From NCBI GenBank assembly GCA_033813415.1, contig JAPXRV010000009.1, positions 1,879-65,878 on the forward strand: a DNA stretch of 64,000 bases, in the 5' to 3' direction. Made by a program: the position numbers and the translations under genes. The first letter of the stretch is position 1. Each line of letters opens with the position of its first letter. Under the pieces are notes generated by a model. That model saw only the letters and a list, made by a program, of their open reading frames with translations. It was not told where the DNA came from and did not search any database. Below are positions 9,883-19,572 of this stretch, one piece after another. The DNA comes from Opitutales bacterium. GTDB taxonomy: Bacteria; Verrucomicrobiota; Verrucomicrobiia; Opitutales; JAFGAQ01.

Positions 9883-10173
9883 GGCGAATCGGAGCTTGCG
9901 GACGAAAATTCGTCTTGCCGGGCATGCGACGGCCAGTCGCAGATCATGGATAATAACAAACCAACCGTGCGGACGTTGGACGCACAGCTTGGAGGATCGG
10001 CAGTGGAAAGCCGCAGGGGTATCATAGCAAGATCAAGTAGAAAGAATACCGAATCCTACTCCGTTAATGTAAAAAAGCAACAACGGTTTGCGTCTGAACG
10101 GATAACTCCTGCGCAAAGGGAGTATCGGGTTATTCCATATGGGTAGCGATCCGTAAATCCCATTACAGGAACG

Positions 10174-11679
10174 TCACTTTGCAACCTCGGTGAAACGCTT
10201 TTCGCGAATCACCGTGATTTTTATGGCTGAGGGGTAGTTGAGAGTGTTTTCAATTTCGCGGCTGATCGAGCGGGCAAGCTCCCGGGCATCCTGATCGGAG
10301 ATCCGGTCCGGCTCGACGATGACGCGAATCTCCCGTCCAGCCTGAAGAGCGAAAGCCTCCTTCACTCCATCAAAGCCTGCGGCAAGGGTTTCCAATGCCT
10401 TTACCCGTTGGACATAGCTGTCGACCGAGTCACTTCTGGCTCCGGGGCGCATGGCCGATATCCGGTCGGCAATCACCACGAGTGGTGCGTAGGGTGAAGA
10501 TGCGGGGATCTCCTCGTGGCTCGCTGCGACCGCATTGACGACGCGCGGGTCCTCGTTGTAGCGCTCCAGAACACGGGCAGCGGCAGCCGCGTGACTGCCT
10601 TCGAACTCGTGATCGATCGCTTTTCCCAGATCGTGGAAGAGGGCCGCCCGTTTGGCGATCACCGGATCCAGTCCGAGTTCGGACGCCAGCATCGAGGCGA
10701 TGAACGCCACTTCGAGTGAATGCTCGAGCGAATTCTGGTTAAGGGACAAACGAAAGTGAAGCTTCCCGAGCAATTCAACGATTTCCGGATGCGCAGATCC
10801 CAGTTTAAGGCGATGGAGGGCCTGTTCCCCGAGAGACTTGACGTTGAGCTGAACCTGAGTGCGCGCTTTCTCGACAGAGGCCTCAATAGTCGACGGGTGA
10901 ATCCTGCCGTCTTTAAGAAGCTCTTCGAGGGCGAGCTTCGCGATTTCCCTTTTGACGGGATCGAAAGCGGAAATGAGGACCGAGTCAGGGGTTTCGTCGA
11001 TCATCAAGGTTGTGCCGGTGACGGCCTCGAAACTGCGGATATTGCGACCCTCCCTGCCGATAATGCGTCCCTTCATATCTTCGCTCGGCAAGTCCACAAT
11101 TGTCGCGGTGGTTTGCGTGCTTGGGGTTGTGGTGATGCGTTGCATCGCCGATAGAAGGAGGTGCCTGGCGTCATCCTGCAGTTGAACCTCGGACTTCTCG
11201 GATAGCTCATGCCGAAGATGCTTGAGTTCCTTGGCAGATTCGCGTTCCACCTGAGCCAATAGCTCGTGTCGGATCTCCTCAGGACTCAAACTGGATGCCC
11301 CCATCAGTTTATCTTTCAAGGCGGCCCTTTCGCCCTCGAGAGTAGTTTTCAATGATTGAAGCTCACGTTCGCGTGCTTCCACCGCGGAGATTCTTTCGTC
11401 CAAGTCTGCTTTGGAGGAACCGAGGCAAGCCTCTCTTTCAGTCAGTCGCTGTTCTGCCGACCTTACCCGTTCCTCGGCGACCCTGATCTCCAGCATCGCT
11501 TTTTCCATTACCCTGGATGCCTCGATTTCCGCCTGGTTCGCGACTTTTTTAGCCTCAAGTTCGGCGTGAAGCTGTTTTCGCTTCAGGCTGTTTGACGCCA
11601 GAATCCGATAGAAAACCAACCCCAATAGAAATCCGCCAACTCCCGCGATTCCCATCCAAATGTTGTCCCCGATCATCAT
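10174..11679 (-). CDS. rny: Ribonuclease Y
   Basis: N-terminal TM helix, coiled coil, KH domain (MKGRIIGREGRNIR) and HD domain (HSLEVA...LFHDLGK). Start trimmed to ATG 11679 (or 11676). Confidence 0.95.
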   Translation of the reverse strand: MMIGDNIWMGIAGVGGFLLGLVFYRILASNSLKRKQLHAELEAKKVANQAEIEASRVMEKAMLEIRVAEERVRSAEQRLTEREACLGSSKADLDERISAVEARERELQSLKTTLEGERAALKDKLMGASSLSPEEIRHELLAQVERESAKELKHLRHELSEKSEVQLQDDARHLLLSAMQRITTTPSTQTTATIVDLPSEDMKGRIIGREGRNIRSFEAVTGTTLMIDETPDSVLISAFDPVKREIAKLALEELLKDGRIHPSTIEASVEKARTQVQLNVKSLGEQALHRLKLGSAHPEIVELLGKLHFRLSLNQNSLEHSLEVAFIASMLASELGLDPVIAKRAALFHDLGKAIDHEFEGSHAAAAARVLERYNEDPRVVNAVAASHEEIPASSPYAPLVVIADRISAMRPGARSDSVDSYVQRVKALETLAAGFDGVKEAFALQAGREIRVIVEPDRISDQDARELARSISREIENTLNYPSAIKITVIREKRFTEVAK

Positions 11680-11852
11680 GCGATCAGCTCCGGGTTTAAC
11701 GCCAGTCTGGCAGAGATTGAATGGGTTTGCATTGTCATTCGGATGATCAACGGAATCTTTTACGGGAACGGCTTCCGATGTGTCGGGTTTCTCTCTATTG
11801 CAGTGGCTGTCCGGCTGAATCGCACGCAGGGTCCATACTGCGCGGGAAAAAA

Positions 11853-11953
11853 GGTGGCCAGGCACCCTACGGCACTCGCCTTCCCAGCTACCGTTGCTTC
11901 CTTCCGGACCTGGCGGGTTTCACTGGTATCTCGATGCATAGGACCCAGCCACA
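11853..11953 (-). ncRNA. ffs: Signal recognition particle RNA (small bacterial SRP, 4.5S type)
   Basis: Minus strand reads GUGGCUGGGUCCUAUGC...CCGCCAGGUCCGGAAGGAAGCAACGGUAG...GUAGGGUGCCUGGCCAC. This contains the domain IV motif CAGGUCCGGAAGGAAGCA within a ~100 nt hairpin whose ends pair, followed by U6. Confidence 0.9.
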
Positions 11954-12289
11954 GAAAAAGTTAGATCAGGAAGCGGGCTCGATCAAGTGAAATCGAAGAA
12001 ATCAGTCAGGAAAAGGGCCGCGGACGATTTTTTGAACCCTTCGGCCATTTTCGATTCTATAGTAAGAACCCAATGCCGCTCGCCATGATGGGAACCGTAT
12101 GATCGCTTATGTCAGACTCTATCCCATTAACCCTGAAACGGTGTCATCCACCGAAAATTCATGGAAAGAAGGCTTGCATCTTCGCCGCATTCCGCTTTTC
12201 ATCCCATCTTTGTCATTAGATACCCTTAATTTCGGCCCCGGATTTTTTATCAATAGTATTTCACTTTATAAATTAGAAACCCAGAGATT

Positions 12290-13057
12290 ATGATTCGTAA
12301 AATTATCCCCCTAATGGCTCTCTTCGCGGTCACCAACGTTGTGGTCGGCCAGAGTCTTCAGCAGGTTGATGCAGCACGTGACAAACTGCAGAGTTGGGTA
12401 GAGACCCGTCAGGTCATCTCCAAAGAACGCGCGGACTGGATCCTGCAGAAGGAATCCTTGGAAAATACCCGGGAGTTGCTGAAGACAGAGCTGTCCGAAC
12501 TTGAGCAGAAGATATCCGAATTGGATGCGGGGGTATCCCAGTCCGACACGCTTCGTGCTGAGCTGACAGATAAGAAACAGAATTTCGACAAAGCCACGGA
12601 ATCGGTCCGGACGGCCGTCGCCGACCTTGAAGTCAAGGTGAAGGCGATGGCAAAGCTTTTCCCTGCGAATTTGGCCCAGCAGGTTGATCCGCTGCTCCGC
12701 AGGATGCCAGCAGATCCTTACAAGCCGGGTAGGTTGACCTTGGGCGACCGCCTGCCGAATGTGGTGGGGATTGTCAATGCCGCCGGAAAGTTTAATACCA
12801 CCCTGCACCACCTGTCGGAGAACGTTAAGAAGGACGATGGGTCCGAAATGCAGGTCGATGTGCTCTACTGGGGAATGGGTATTGCCTTCTTTGTTGATGG
12901 AGGTAATCAGTATGCCGGTTACAAGTATCCGACTGCAAACGGATGGAAGCAGGAAGAACGCTCAGAGCTGGCTCCCAAGGTCCGTGCGCTCATCGACATG
13001 TATCAGCGCAAGAATCCGAACATCGAGTTCATTGAAGTGCCAACGGTTATCCGATAA
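12290..13057 (+). CDS. DUF3450-family exported coiled-coil protein
   Basis: Signal peptide, long coiled coil, and first position in an ExbB/ExbD/TonB cluster (the usual DUF3450 context). Confidence 0.75.
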   Translation: MIRKIIPLMALFAVTNVVVGQSLQQVDAARDKLQSWVETRQVISKERADWILQKESLENTRELLKTELSELEQKISELDAGVSQSDTLRAELTDKKQNFDKATESVRTAVADLEVKVKAMAKLFPANLAQQVDPLLRRMPADPYKPGRLTLGDRLPNVVGIVNAAGKFNTTLHHLSENVKKDDGSEMQVDVLYWGMGIAFFVDGGNQYAGYKYPTANGWKQEERSELAPKVRALIDMYQRKNPNIEFIEVPTVIR

Positions 13058-13101
13058 TCCTGAATGGCGTCACTCTAAAGAAACCTGAAAATCCTTTTCC
13101 A

Positions 13102-14499
13102 ATGAAATCATTCACCAAAATCTTTATTGTAGCCGGCTCGATGCTCGCTATGACAGCGGGCGCACAGGGCCAGAGCCTCCAGCAGGCAATTGGCTCGGTA
13201 GACCGCGACCTTGAGGGTGCCCTTAAGGAACTGGCTGATCTTCGCACCAAGATCAGCTCGGAGCGTGCTCCTATCTCCAAGGAACTTGATGAGCTCGAAA
13301 ATGAAGTCATCAGCAAGAATGCTGAACTTCAGCGTCGTCAGGGTTTGCGCGACAATCGCGAGTTGGGAATCCGTGCGCTTGAGCAGGAAGTCAATTCCAA
13401 GCAGCAGGAAATCGACTACGTCGCCGGTCTCTTGCGGGACTTTGTGCGTAGCTTCAGCGCTCAGCTCCACGTGTCTGAAAAGCAGATCTTCGCAAACCGT
13501 ATCGCAGACGCCCTTGGCGCTGTTGATGACAGCAACCTCAATCAACAGCAGCTTTTTGATGTGCAGATGAAGATTGTGGGGGCCTCGGTCGATCGTCTGA
13601 ATGACTTGTTCGGCGGTTATTCCTTCAGTGGTAGGGCGATCGCTTCAACCGGCGAAGTTGTTACCGGTAAGTTCGCGTTACTCGGACCCTCGGTGTATTT
13701 CCGTTCGGATGACCAGAACCATGTAGGTATTGCGGTTGCCCAACTGTCTTCCGGCGAAGTAAATGATGCAACAATTGTTACATCAGAAGTGTTTGAGAAG
13801 CAAAAGATTGCTGCCCTCATAGATACCGGCGAAGGCTCCCTTCCTTTGGACGCGAGCCTTGGGGCAGCAATTGAAGTCGAGCGTCATAAGGACACGTTTG
13901 TCACCCACATTAACAAAGGGGGAGTTGTCGGTTACATGACTTTGAGTTTGGCGATGGCGGCACTGTTGATTGCAATTTACAAAGTGGTTCAGGTCACCTC
14001 CTTCCGCGTTCCAACTGGGGACTTCGTTTTGGATCTTGCTGAAGATGTGAAGCGTGGCGATACCGAAAGCGCGCTCCAGAAGGCCCGTGGGTTCCCTGGT
14101 ATTGCCGGTGCGATGTTTGAGGAAGCGGTTGAAAACTCCAGCCAGCCACGCAGCCTCATTGAAGAATACCTTTCTGTTAAGATCATTATTGCCCGTCGCA
14201 AGCTTGAGAGCTTGTTGCCCTTTATCGCGATTACCGCTGCTGCGGCACCTTTGATGGGGCTGTTGGGAACGGTCGTAGGGATGATCAAGACTTTCAAACT
14301 TATCACCATCTTCGGAACCGGGGATGCGCGGCAGTTATCCGATGGTATTTCCGAAGCGTTGGTGACAACCGAAATCGGTCTTTACGTCGCGATTCCGTCC
14401 CTGATCATTCACGGGATCCTGAGCCGTATGGCACGCGGAAAGTGGGGCCAGCTCGAGCAGGATGCCATCGTGTTCCTGAACGACGTCAAGGAAGACTGA
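13102..14499 (+). CDS. Large MotA/TolQ/ExbB proton-channel protein (TtpC-like)
   Basis: Signal peptide and periplasmic coiled coil, then APLMGLLGTVVGMIKTF and GISEALVTTEIGL. Confidence 0.88.
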   Translation: MKSFTKIFIVAGSMLAMTAGAQGQSLQQAIGSVDRDLEGALKELADLRTKISSERAPISKELDELENEVISKNAELQRRQGLRDNRELGIRALEQEVNSKQQEIDYVAGLLRDFVRSFSAQLHVSEKQIFANRIADALGAVDDSNLNQQQLFDVQMKIVGASVDRLNDLFGGYSFSGRAIASTGEVVTGKFALLGPSVYFRSDDQNHVGIAVAQLSSGEVNDATIVTSEVFEKQKIAALIDTGEGSLPLDASLGAAIEVERHKDTFVTHINKGGVVGYMTLSLAMAALLIAIYKVVQVTSFRVPTGDFVLDLAEDVKRGDTESALQKARGFPGIAGAMFEEAVENSSQPRSLIEEYLSVKIIIARRKLESLLPFIAITAAAAPLMGLLGTVVGMIKTFKLITIFGTGDARQLSDGISEALVTTEIGLYVAIPSLIIHGILSRMARGKWGQLEQDAIVFLNDVKED

Positions 14500-14545
14500 T
14501 GCCTCTGCAGGCATTGTCCAAGTAGTCATCCACAGAGGTCAAGTC

Positions 14546-15142
14546 ATGATAGACTATCTCATTGACACTATATGGGGAAACTGGGTGAGCGGGGGGATCG
14601 TGATGATTCCGCTGTTCGCTCTGGCGGCCTATATTTTTGTGATCGCCTTCGAGATGTTGAAATATCTCAAATCGAAGAAGATCGACACGGATCAGGAGGA
14701 CCTTTGGCTGGAGTGGGTGAACAACCCCGACAGCGGGGAGGGCTCTGCCGGTGAAGTGATCCGTTACACGCGTCCTTGGCAAGGGTCAACGGATTCGGTT
14801 CGTCGTCGTTTCTTTGAGGTTAGGGAAAGCACCCTAGCCGATGTGGAACGTAAATCGAAGTTTCTTGGTTCGCTCGTGGCCACTGCTCCTTTGATGGGGC
14901 TGCTGGGAACAGTGCAAGGGATGCTCATTACCTTCCAGGGGATAGCGAGCTCGGGAGGTAACCAGACGGTGGACATGGTCTCGAAGGGGATCTCCACTGC
15001 CTTGATTACCACGCAGACGGGGCTCATGATTGCTCTGCCGGGATTGTTTCTGGCCTTGATCGTCCGGCGCAGGACGCGTGCGATTCAAGATGCATTGAAC
15101 CGGATGGAAGGTTTGATCATCGGAAGCCGAATCGAAGAATAG
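14546..15142 (+). CDS. exbB: MotA/TolQ/ExbB proton-channel protein
   Basis: APLMGLLGTVQGMLITF, GISTALITTQTGL. Confidence 0.88.
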   Translation: MIDYLIDTIWGNWVSGGIVMIPLFALAAYIFVIAFEMLKYLKSKKIDTDQEDLWLEWVNNPDSGEGSAGEVIRYTRPWQGSTDSVRRRFFEVRESTLADVERKSKFLGSLVATAPLMGLLGTVQGMLITFQGIASSGGNQTVDMVSKGISTALITTQTGLMIALPGLFLALIVRRRTRAIQDALNRMEGLIIGSRIEE

Positions 15143-15169
15143 TCCTGAAACACTAGAGAGGAACTTACC

Positions 15170-15565
15170 ATGTTAGGTAGAAGACTATCAGATGCAGAGG
15201 ACAGTGTCCGGATCGACTTGTCACCCATGATCGACTGCGTGTTCATTTTGCTCATCTTCTTCATCGTCACCACAGTGTTCGTTGAAGAGAGTGGGTTTGA
15301 AGTGAACAAGCCGGACGGGGGCCCTGCTGGTTCGGCATCGGACGTTCAGATCACGATCATTGAAGTCCGGGACGATAACACGGTCTATTTTCGTGGCCGT
15401 GATATAGGAATTGACGGAGTACAGTCGGTTGTAAAGCAATCGATCGCCCAGAATCCCGATTCGCCCATTCTCATTCAAGGTGGTGAGAAGGCCCGGCACG
15501 ACGTGTTTGCCCGGGTCTATGGTGAGGTCCGATTGTCCGGAGCTCCAAAAATCAGTTTCAAGTAA
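15170..15565 (+). CDS. exbD: Biopolymer transport protein ExbD/TolR
   Basis: [23 protein letters not shown]. Confidence 0.9.
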   Translation: MLGRRLSDAEDSVRIDLSPMIDCVFILLIFFIVTTVFVEESGFEVNKPDGGPAGSASDVQITIIEVRDDNTVYFRGRDIGIDGVQSVVKQSIAQNPDSPILIQGGEKARHDVFARVYGEVRLSGAPKISFK

Positions 15566-15612
15566 CCATAATGTAGGATTCCGCAAGGAGTCCAAATGGA
15601 GAGTTTGGAAGT

Positions 15613-16014
15613 ATGTTAAGCAGAAACAGTTCAGATTCGGATGACGATGAGGTCTCAATCGACCTCTCGCCCATGATCGACTGCGTGTTCATTTTGTTGA
15701 TCTTTTTCATCGTGACCACGGTCTTCGTCGAGGAGGCGGGTATCGAGGTGAATCGGCCGGATGCCAGAAGCTCCGCCCGACTCGAGAAGAACAGTATCCT
15801 GATCGCGATCAGCCCCGAAAACAAGGTGGTTTACGGAGGCCGGGACATTGGTGTGCAGGGGATCCGGAATGTGGTGCGGAGTCTGGTCATGCAGGAGGAT
15901 CTTCCTGTGATTATCCAGGCCGACAAGGAGTCCAGCCACGGGATTTTCCGGCAAGTGTACATGGAAGCCAAACTGGCAGGAGCAAAGAAGATCAGCTTCT
16001 CGACCTATAGGTGA
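15613..16014 (+). CDS. exbD: Biopolymer transport protein ExbD/TolR, second copy
   Basis: [31 protein letters not shown]. Confidence 0.9.
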   Translation: MLSRNSSDSDDDEVSIDLSPMIDCVFILLIFFIVTTVFVEEAGIEVNRPDARSSARLEKNSILIAISPENKVVYGGRDIGVQGIRNVVRSLVMQEDLPVIIQADKESSHGIFRQVYMEAKLAGAKKISFSTYR

Positions 16015-16036
16015 GTATCAGAGGGAGACAATCAAG

Positions 16037-16699
16037 ATGAGTGAACCAGATACTATGTCCGCAAAGGTGCTCGACAGGCTGAACACCCCGGTGGGGTTGG
16101 GAGTTTTGTCGGCATTGGCACTGTTTGTGATGATTCCGGTGATTCAGGCGGTGTCAACCGGTTTGAAGGATCCGACACGTTTGGCAGAGATGAGCTTTGT
16201 GATTCCGCCTCCACCGGTGGTGGAGTATGACGAACCGCCTCCGCCGAAAAAGGAGGAGAAGCGTGAGGAACTGGAGATGGACAAGGAGCCTCCAAAACTC
16301 TCGTTGGATCAGTTGGAGATGGCTTTGAATCCAGGGTTCTCGACGGATTCGATGGCAGGATTCTCGATGGATTTGGGCCTTGATGACATGATGACCGATG
16401 TTACGGAGATGATCTTCGAGATTGAGGACGTCGAAGAGAAGCCCCGTCCAGTCCGACAGATTGAACCGGTGTATCCTGCTGAATTGAAGCGCCGCAAGAT
16501 TGGTGGCCGCGTGGACATCGAGTTTATTGTCGACCAGCAAGGCAACGTGCTGAACCCGAGGGTTACCCGCACGGATCATCCTGATTTTGATCGTCCGGCT
16601 TTGGATGCTATCCGTCGCTGGAAGTTCACCCCAGGCAAACAAGGCGGCAAGGCGGTTAAAGTCCGTGTGCGTGCGCCTCTCGTATTTACCCCCCGTTAA
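16037..16699 (+). CDS. tonB: Energy transducer TonB
   Basis: N-terminal TM helix, Pro-rich segment and C-terminal domain (PVYPAEL...GRVDIEFIVD...WKFTPG...VKVRV). Confidence 0.9.
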   Translation: MSEPDTMSAKVLDRLNTPVGLGVLSALALFVMIPVIQAVSTGLKDPTRLAEMSFVIPPPPVVEYDEPPPPKKEEKREELEMDKEPPKLSLDQLEMALNPGFSTDSMAGFSMDLGLDDMMTDVTEMIFEIEDVEEKPRPVRQIEPVYPAELKRRKIGGRVDIEFIVDQQGNVLNPRVTRTDHPDFDRPALDAIRRWKFTPGKQGGKAVKVRVRAPLVFTPR

Positions 16700-16712
16700 C
16701 CTTTAGAAAACC

Positions 16713-18101
16713 ATGAAAAAAATCTTAGTCTTAACCGCCATTACCTCGATGGGCGTTGGCCTTTCGGCTCAGCTCCCCTTGGATAGACCGACGTTCAATG
16801 AGGTCTCGAAGCAGATGTGGAGCGATCCGGCTTTCATCAAGAGCTTCGTGGGCTCATACGCACCATTGGAAAATGTAGAACCTGATTTTTCGAACGATGA
16901 GAAGGTTCAGTTGAAGGAAGTTGTGGCTCCTTTGCTTGCTGGGCCAACGCAATCCGCAGCAATTGCACCGCTCGAAAAGATGGCTGCCAGCGGTTCGGCA
17001 ACGGCAGGGGTTCACTTCGTTTTGGGAACCTTGTATCTTCAAGAGGACCGTATGGCGCAGGCTGAAGCCCAGTATGTGGAAGCCGTGAAGAAATTCCCGC
17101 GTTATCGCAAGGCGCTGAAGAACCTTTCGCTCATCTACATGCAGCAGGGCGACTACAAAAAGGCGCTTGAACCTCTGAGCAAGACCATCGATTTGGGGGA
17201 AGTCTCTGGCAACGCCTACGGGATGTTGGGTGTGATCCACCTCTATACCGAAGACTATGTGGCTGCCGAAAGCGCTTATCGCATGGCGGTGATGCTTGAG
17301 CCCAGCAAAAAGGACTGGAAGCTCGGTTTGTTGAAGGCGATGCAGATGCAGGAGCGTTTCAAAGAAGCGAATGTTTTGCTGAACAGCTTGCTTCAGGAAG
17401 ATCCGAACAACGTGGATTACTGGCTCTTCCAGGCGAACAATTACGTGGGACTTGAGCGTCCACTGGATGCAGCCAAGAACCTTGAGATTGTGGAACGTAT
17501 GGGTCGCGCAAAGGCCGACAGCGTTGAGCTGCTCGCCAACATTTACATGAACAGCGGTCTTTACGATGTGGCTTACAGCGCATACCAGCGGGCAATGGAA
17601 AAAGGTGATGCGAAGTACGAGAACATGTACCGCGCCGCTACCGCCCTTGCTCAGATCGGATCTTTCAACGAAGCGATTGAACTGGTTGGCAAGATCCGTC
17701 AGCGTTTCTCCCGCGACATTCAGACGGCCGAAAACATTCAGCTCTTGGTGCTCGAGGCCCGTTCCAAGCGTGCCTTGGGAGACTCTGAAGGTGCCGCAGT
17801 GATTCTTGAGAAGGTTGTGGAAGAGGATCCGATGAATGGACAAGCCCTCATCGAGCTTGCCCTTTACTATCGCAACCGCACTCCCGAGCCGGATTATCAG
17901 AAGGCTGTGTTCCTCTTCGAACGTGCCGAAAACATTCGCGAGGTTGCGGCTGACGCCTATGTTCAGCATGCTCAGTTGCTCGTGTCCCAGCGTAAGTTCA
18001 AGGATGCTGTTCCTCTCTTGAAGAATGCACAGAGCATCAACTTCAGGGAATACGTGGAAGACTTCCTTGTCCGCGTCCAGCGCGCAGCGGCAGTGATGTA
18101 A
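16713..18101 (+). CDS. Exported tetratricopeptide-repeat protein
   Basis: Signal peptide and multiple TPR-like helix pairs; last gene of the TonB cluster. Confidence 0.85.
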   Translation: MKKILVLTAITSMGVGLSAQLPLDRPTFNEVSKQMWSDPAFIKSFVGSYAPLENVEPDFSNDEKVQLKEVVAPLLAGPTQSAAIAPLEKMAASGSATAGVHFVLGTLYLQEDRMAQAEAQYVEAVKKFPRYRKALKNLSLIYMQQGDYKKALEPLSKTIDLGEVSGNAYGMLGVIHLYTEDYVAAESAYRMAVMLEPSKKDWKLGLLKAMQMQERFKEANVLLNSLLQEDPNNVDYWLFQANNYVGLERPLDAAKNLEIVERMGRAKADSVELLANIYMNSGLYDVAYSAYQRAMEKGDAKYENMYRAATALAQIGSFNEAIELVGKIRQRFSRDIQTAENIQLLVLEARSKRALGDSEGAAVILEKVVEEDPMNGQALIELALYYRNRTPEPDYQKAVFLFERAENIREVAADAYVQHAQLLVSQRKFKDAVPLLKNAQSINFREYVEDFLVRVQRAAAVM

Positions 18102-18121
18102 TTATCATTTGTGGTTTTTCG

Positions 18122-18154
18122 AAAAGCCGCCTTCTAGTCGAAGGCGGCTTTTTT
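18122..18154 (+). terminator. Rho-independent terminator, potentially bidirectional
   Basis: AAAAGCCGCCTTC-tagtc-GAAGGCGGCTTTTTT between convergent genes. Confidence 0.88.
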
Positions 18155-18391
18155 TGTGTACGCCGGGGGAGTGTTTGCGGATACGGTCCTGATGATTTGG
18201 ACTTGGAAGTCGGAAGAATGACGGGCAGTGGAGCCCTTTCGGATACTTAGATGGAAGCATTCGAGAAAACAGCTCACGACCTCCCGCGCAAAGGGAAGCA
18301 CCAAGCTATTCTCAGCGTATGGGTGGAATCCCGTCCGTCCCCGGTTTCCTCGAGGCGAAGAGCTGTCCTGGGTAACCTATTGGAGGTGATC

Positions 18392-19417
18392 TCAGAGAAT
18401 CTGACGAACGTGGGCCACATCGGCCATGAGTTTTTGCATCCGCTGGGGTGTGATGGCCTGCTTCGGATCATCTCCAATCCCCTCCGATGGCTTGATGTGG
18501 CACTCGACACAGACTCCGTCAGCGCCATAGACGATGGATGCCAAGGCCGCCAGTGGGACAAATGCGGATCGACCGACTGCGTGGGACGGGTCGTAAACAA
18601 CTGGCGCCCATGTTTTGTCCTTCAGTAGTGGAATGATGGACTCATCCGGATGGTTCCTCAGGCCCTGCACTTCAGGAACGGTTCCCCTAGGGCATAGGAA
18701 GACGTTCGGATTACCGTTTGCGACGATGTATTCGGATGCAGCGATGAATTCGTCGATGGGAGCCATGTGACGCCCTCGCTTGAGGAGAACGCAAATTTTG
18801 CGCCCCTGAGTCTTCCTGCCGATATCTTTGAGAAGGGAGTAGTTGAGCGCGTTACGGGTTCCGATTTGCAGCATATCGACTCCTGCGTCGATCGCGAGAT
18901 CGAGTTGTTCGGAATCCATCACCTCAATGTTCAAGGGAAGGCCGGTTCGAGCGCGGGCTTCGACCATGAGTTCAAGGCTTTTCACATCACCCTGGAATGC
19001 ATACGGAATAGTCCTTGGCTTCCAGACTCCTCCACGAAGGACGTGGACCCCAATTTCCTTGAGTGCATGGGCGGTCTCGAAAAGAGCTTGAGGATTTTTT
19101 GGATCCACCGTGCAAGGACCGGCAATAAAGAGGGTCCCTTTCCCCATTTCCCATGACCCGATGGATGCGGTGTGAGTGGCGAGTTGGCCCCGCCGATCCA
19201 TTAGCTTGTAGGGCGATTGTATGCGATCGACCCGATCCACATAGTCAAGACCATGGAGCCGGTTGAACATGAGCTCATGTTGCTCATCCCCAAGAATGGC
19301 GTAGACGCAGCGATGAGCCCCGACGATGACTTGGATGGTGCATCCGAATTCGGCGACAATCTGTTGGACTTCGACGAGTTGTGCGTCGGTCAGTTTGGGC
19401 TCCTTACAAATGATCAT
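18392..19417 (-). CDS. aroF: DAHP synthase, class I-beta, with N-terminal ferredoxin-like regulatory domain
   Basis: FIAGPC, LRGGVWKPRT, QIGTRNALN, VLLKRG, DPSHAVG, VECH. Confidence 0.9.
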   Translation of the reverse strand: MIICKEPKLTDAQLVEVQQIVAEFGCTIQVIVGAHRCVYAILGDEQHELMFNRLHGLDYVDRVDRIQSPYKLMDRRGQLATHTASIGSWEMGKGTLFIAGPCTVDPKNPQALFETAHALKEIGVHVLRGGVWKPRTIPYAFQGDVKSLELMVEARARTGLPLNIEVMDSEQLDLAIDAGVDMLQIGTRNALNYSLLKDIGRKTQGRKICVLLKRGRHMAPIDEFIAASEYIVANGNPNVFLCPRGTVPEVQGLRNHPDESIIPLLKDKTWAPVVYDPSHAVGRSAFVPLAALASIVYGADGVCVECHIKPSEGIGDDPKQAITPQRMQKLMADVAHVRQIL

Positions 19418-19572
19418 GACTGCATAGTAATTCCGGGGTTACGAGAGACCCCAATTTCATGCGATGCAATTCAGAATCCTTGGTTTGGTCAATGGTGATA
19501 TTGGACATATCCCCTTTTGAAATGCTCTCCGGGTCAAGTTCATGAACAGAATATTGGCGCGGAAAGTGGAAA

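Noticed and set aside
10106-10121. CTCCYGCGCAAAGGGA shared with 18281..18296, both downstream of minus-strand genes
   Set aside because: A 15/16 match with no flanking similarity; matches of this size are expected by chance in 64 kb.
9946-10146. 66-aa ORF between the solenoid gene and rny
   Set aside because: No motif, it is antisense to both neighbours, and there is no convincing RBS.
11680-11850. Possible 6S RNA upstream of rny
   Set aside because: I could not fold it into the long hairpin with a central bubble. The recognisable RNA here is SRP.
11680-11865. 62-aa N-terminal extension of rny in the ORF track
   Set aside because: It runs into the SRP RNA 3' end and precedes the normal N-terminal TM anchor.
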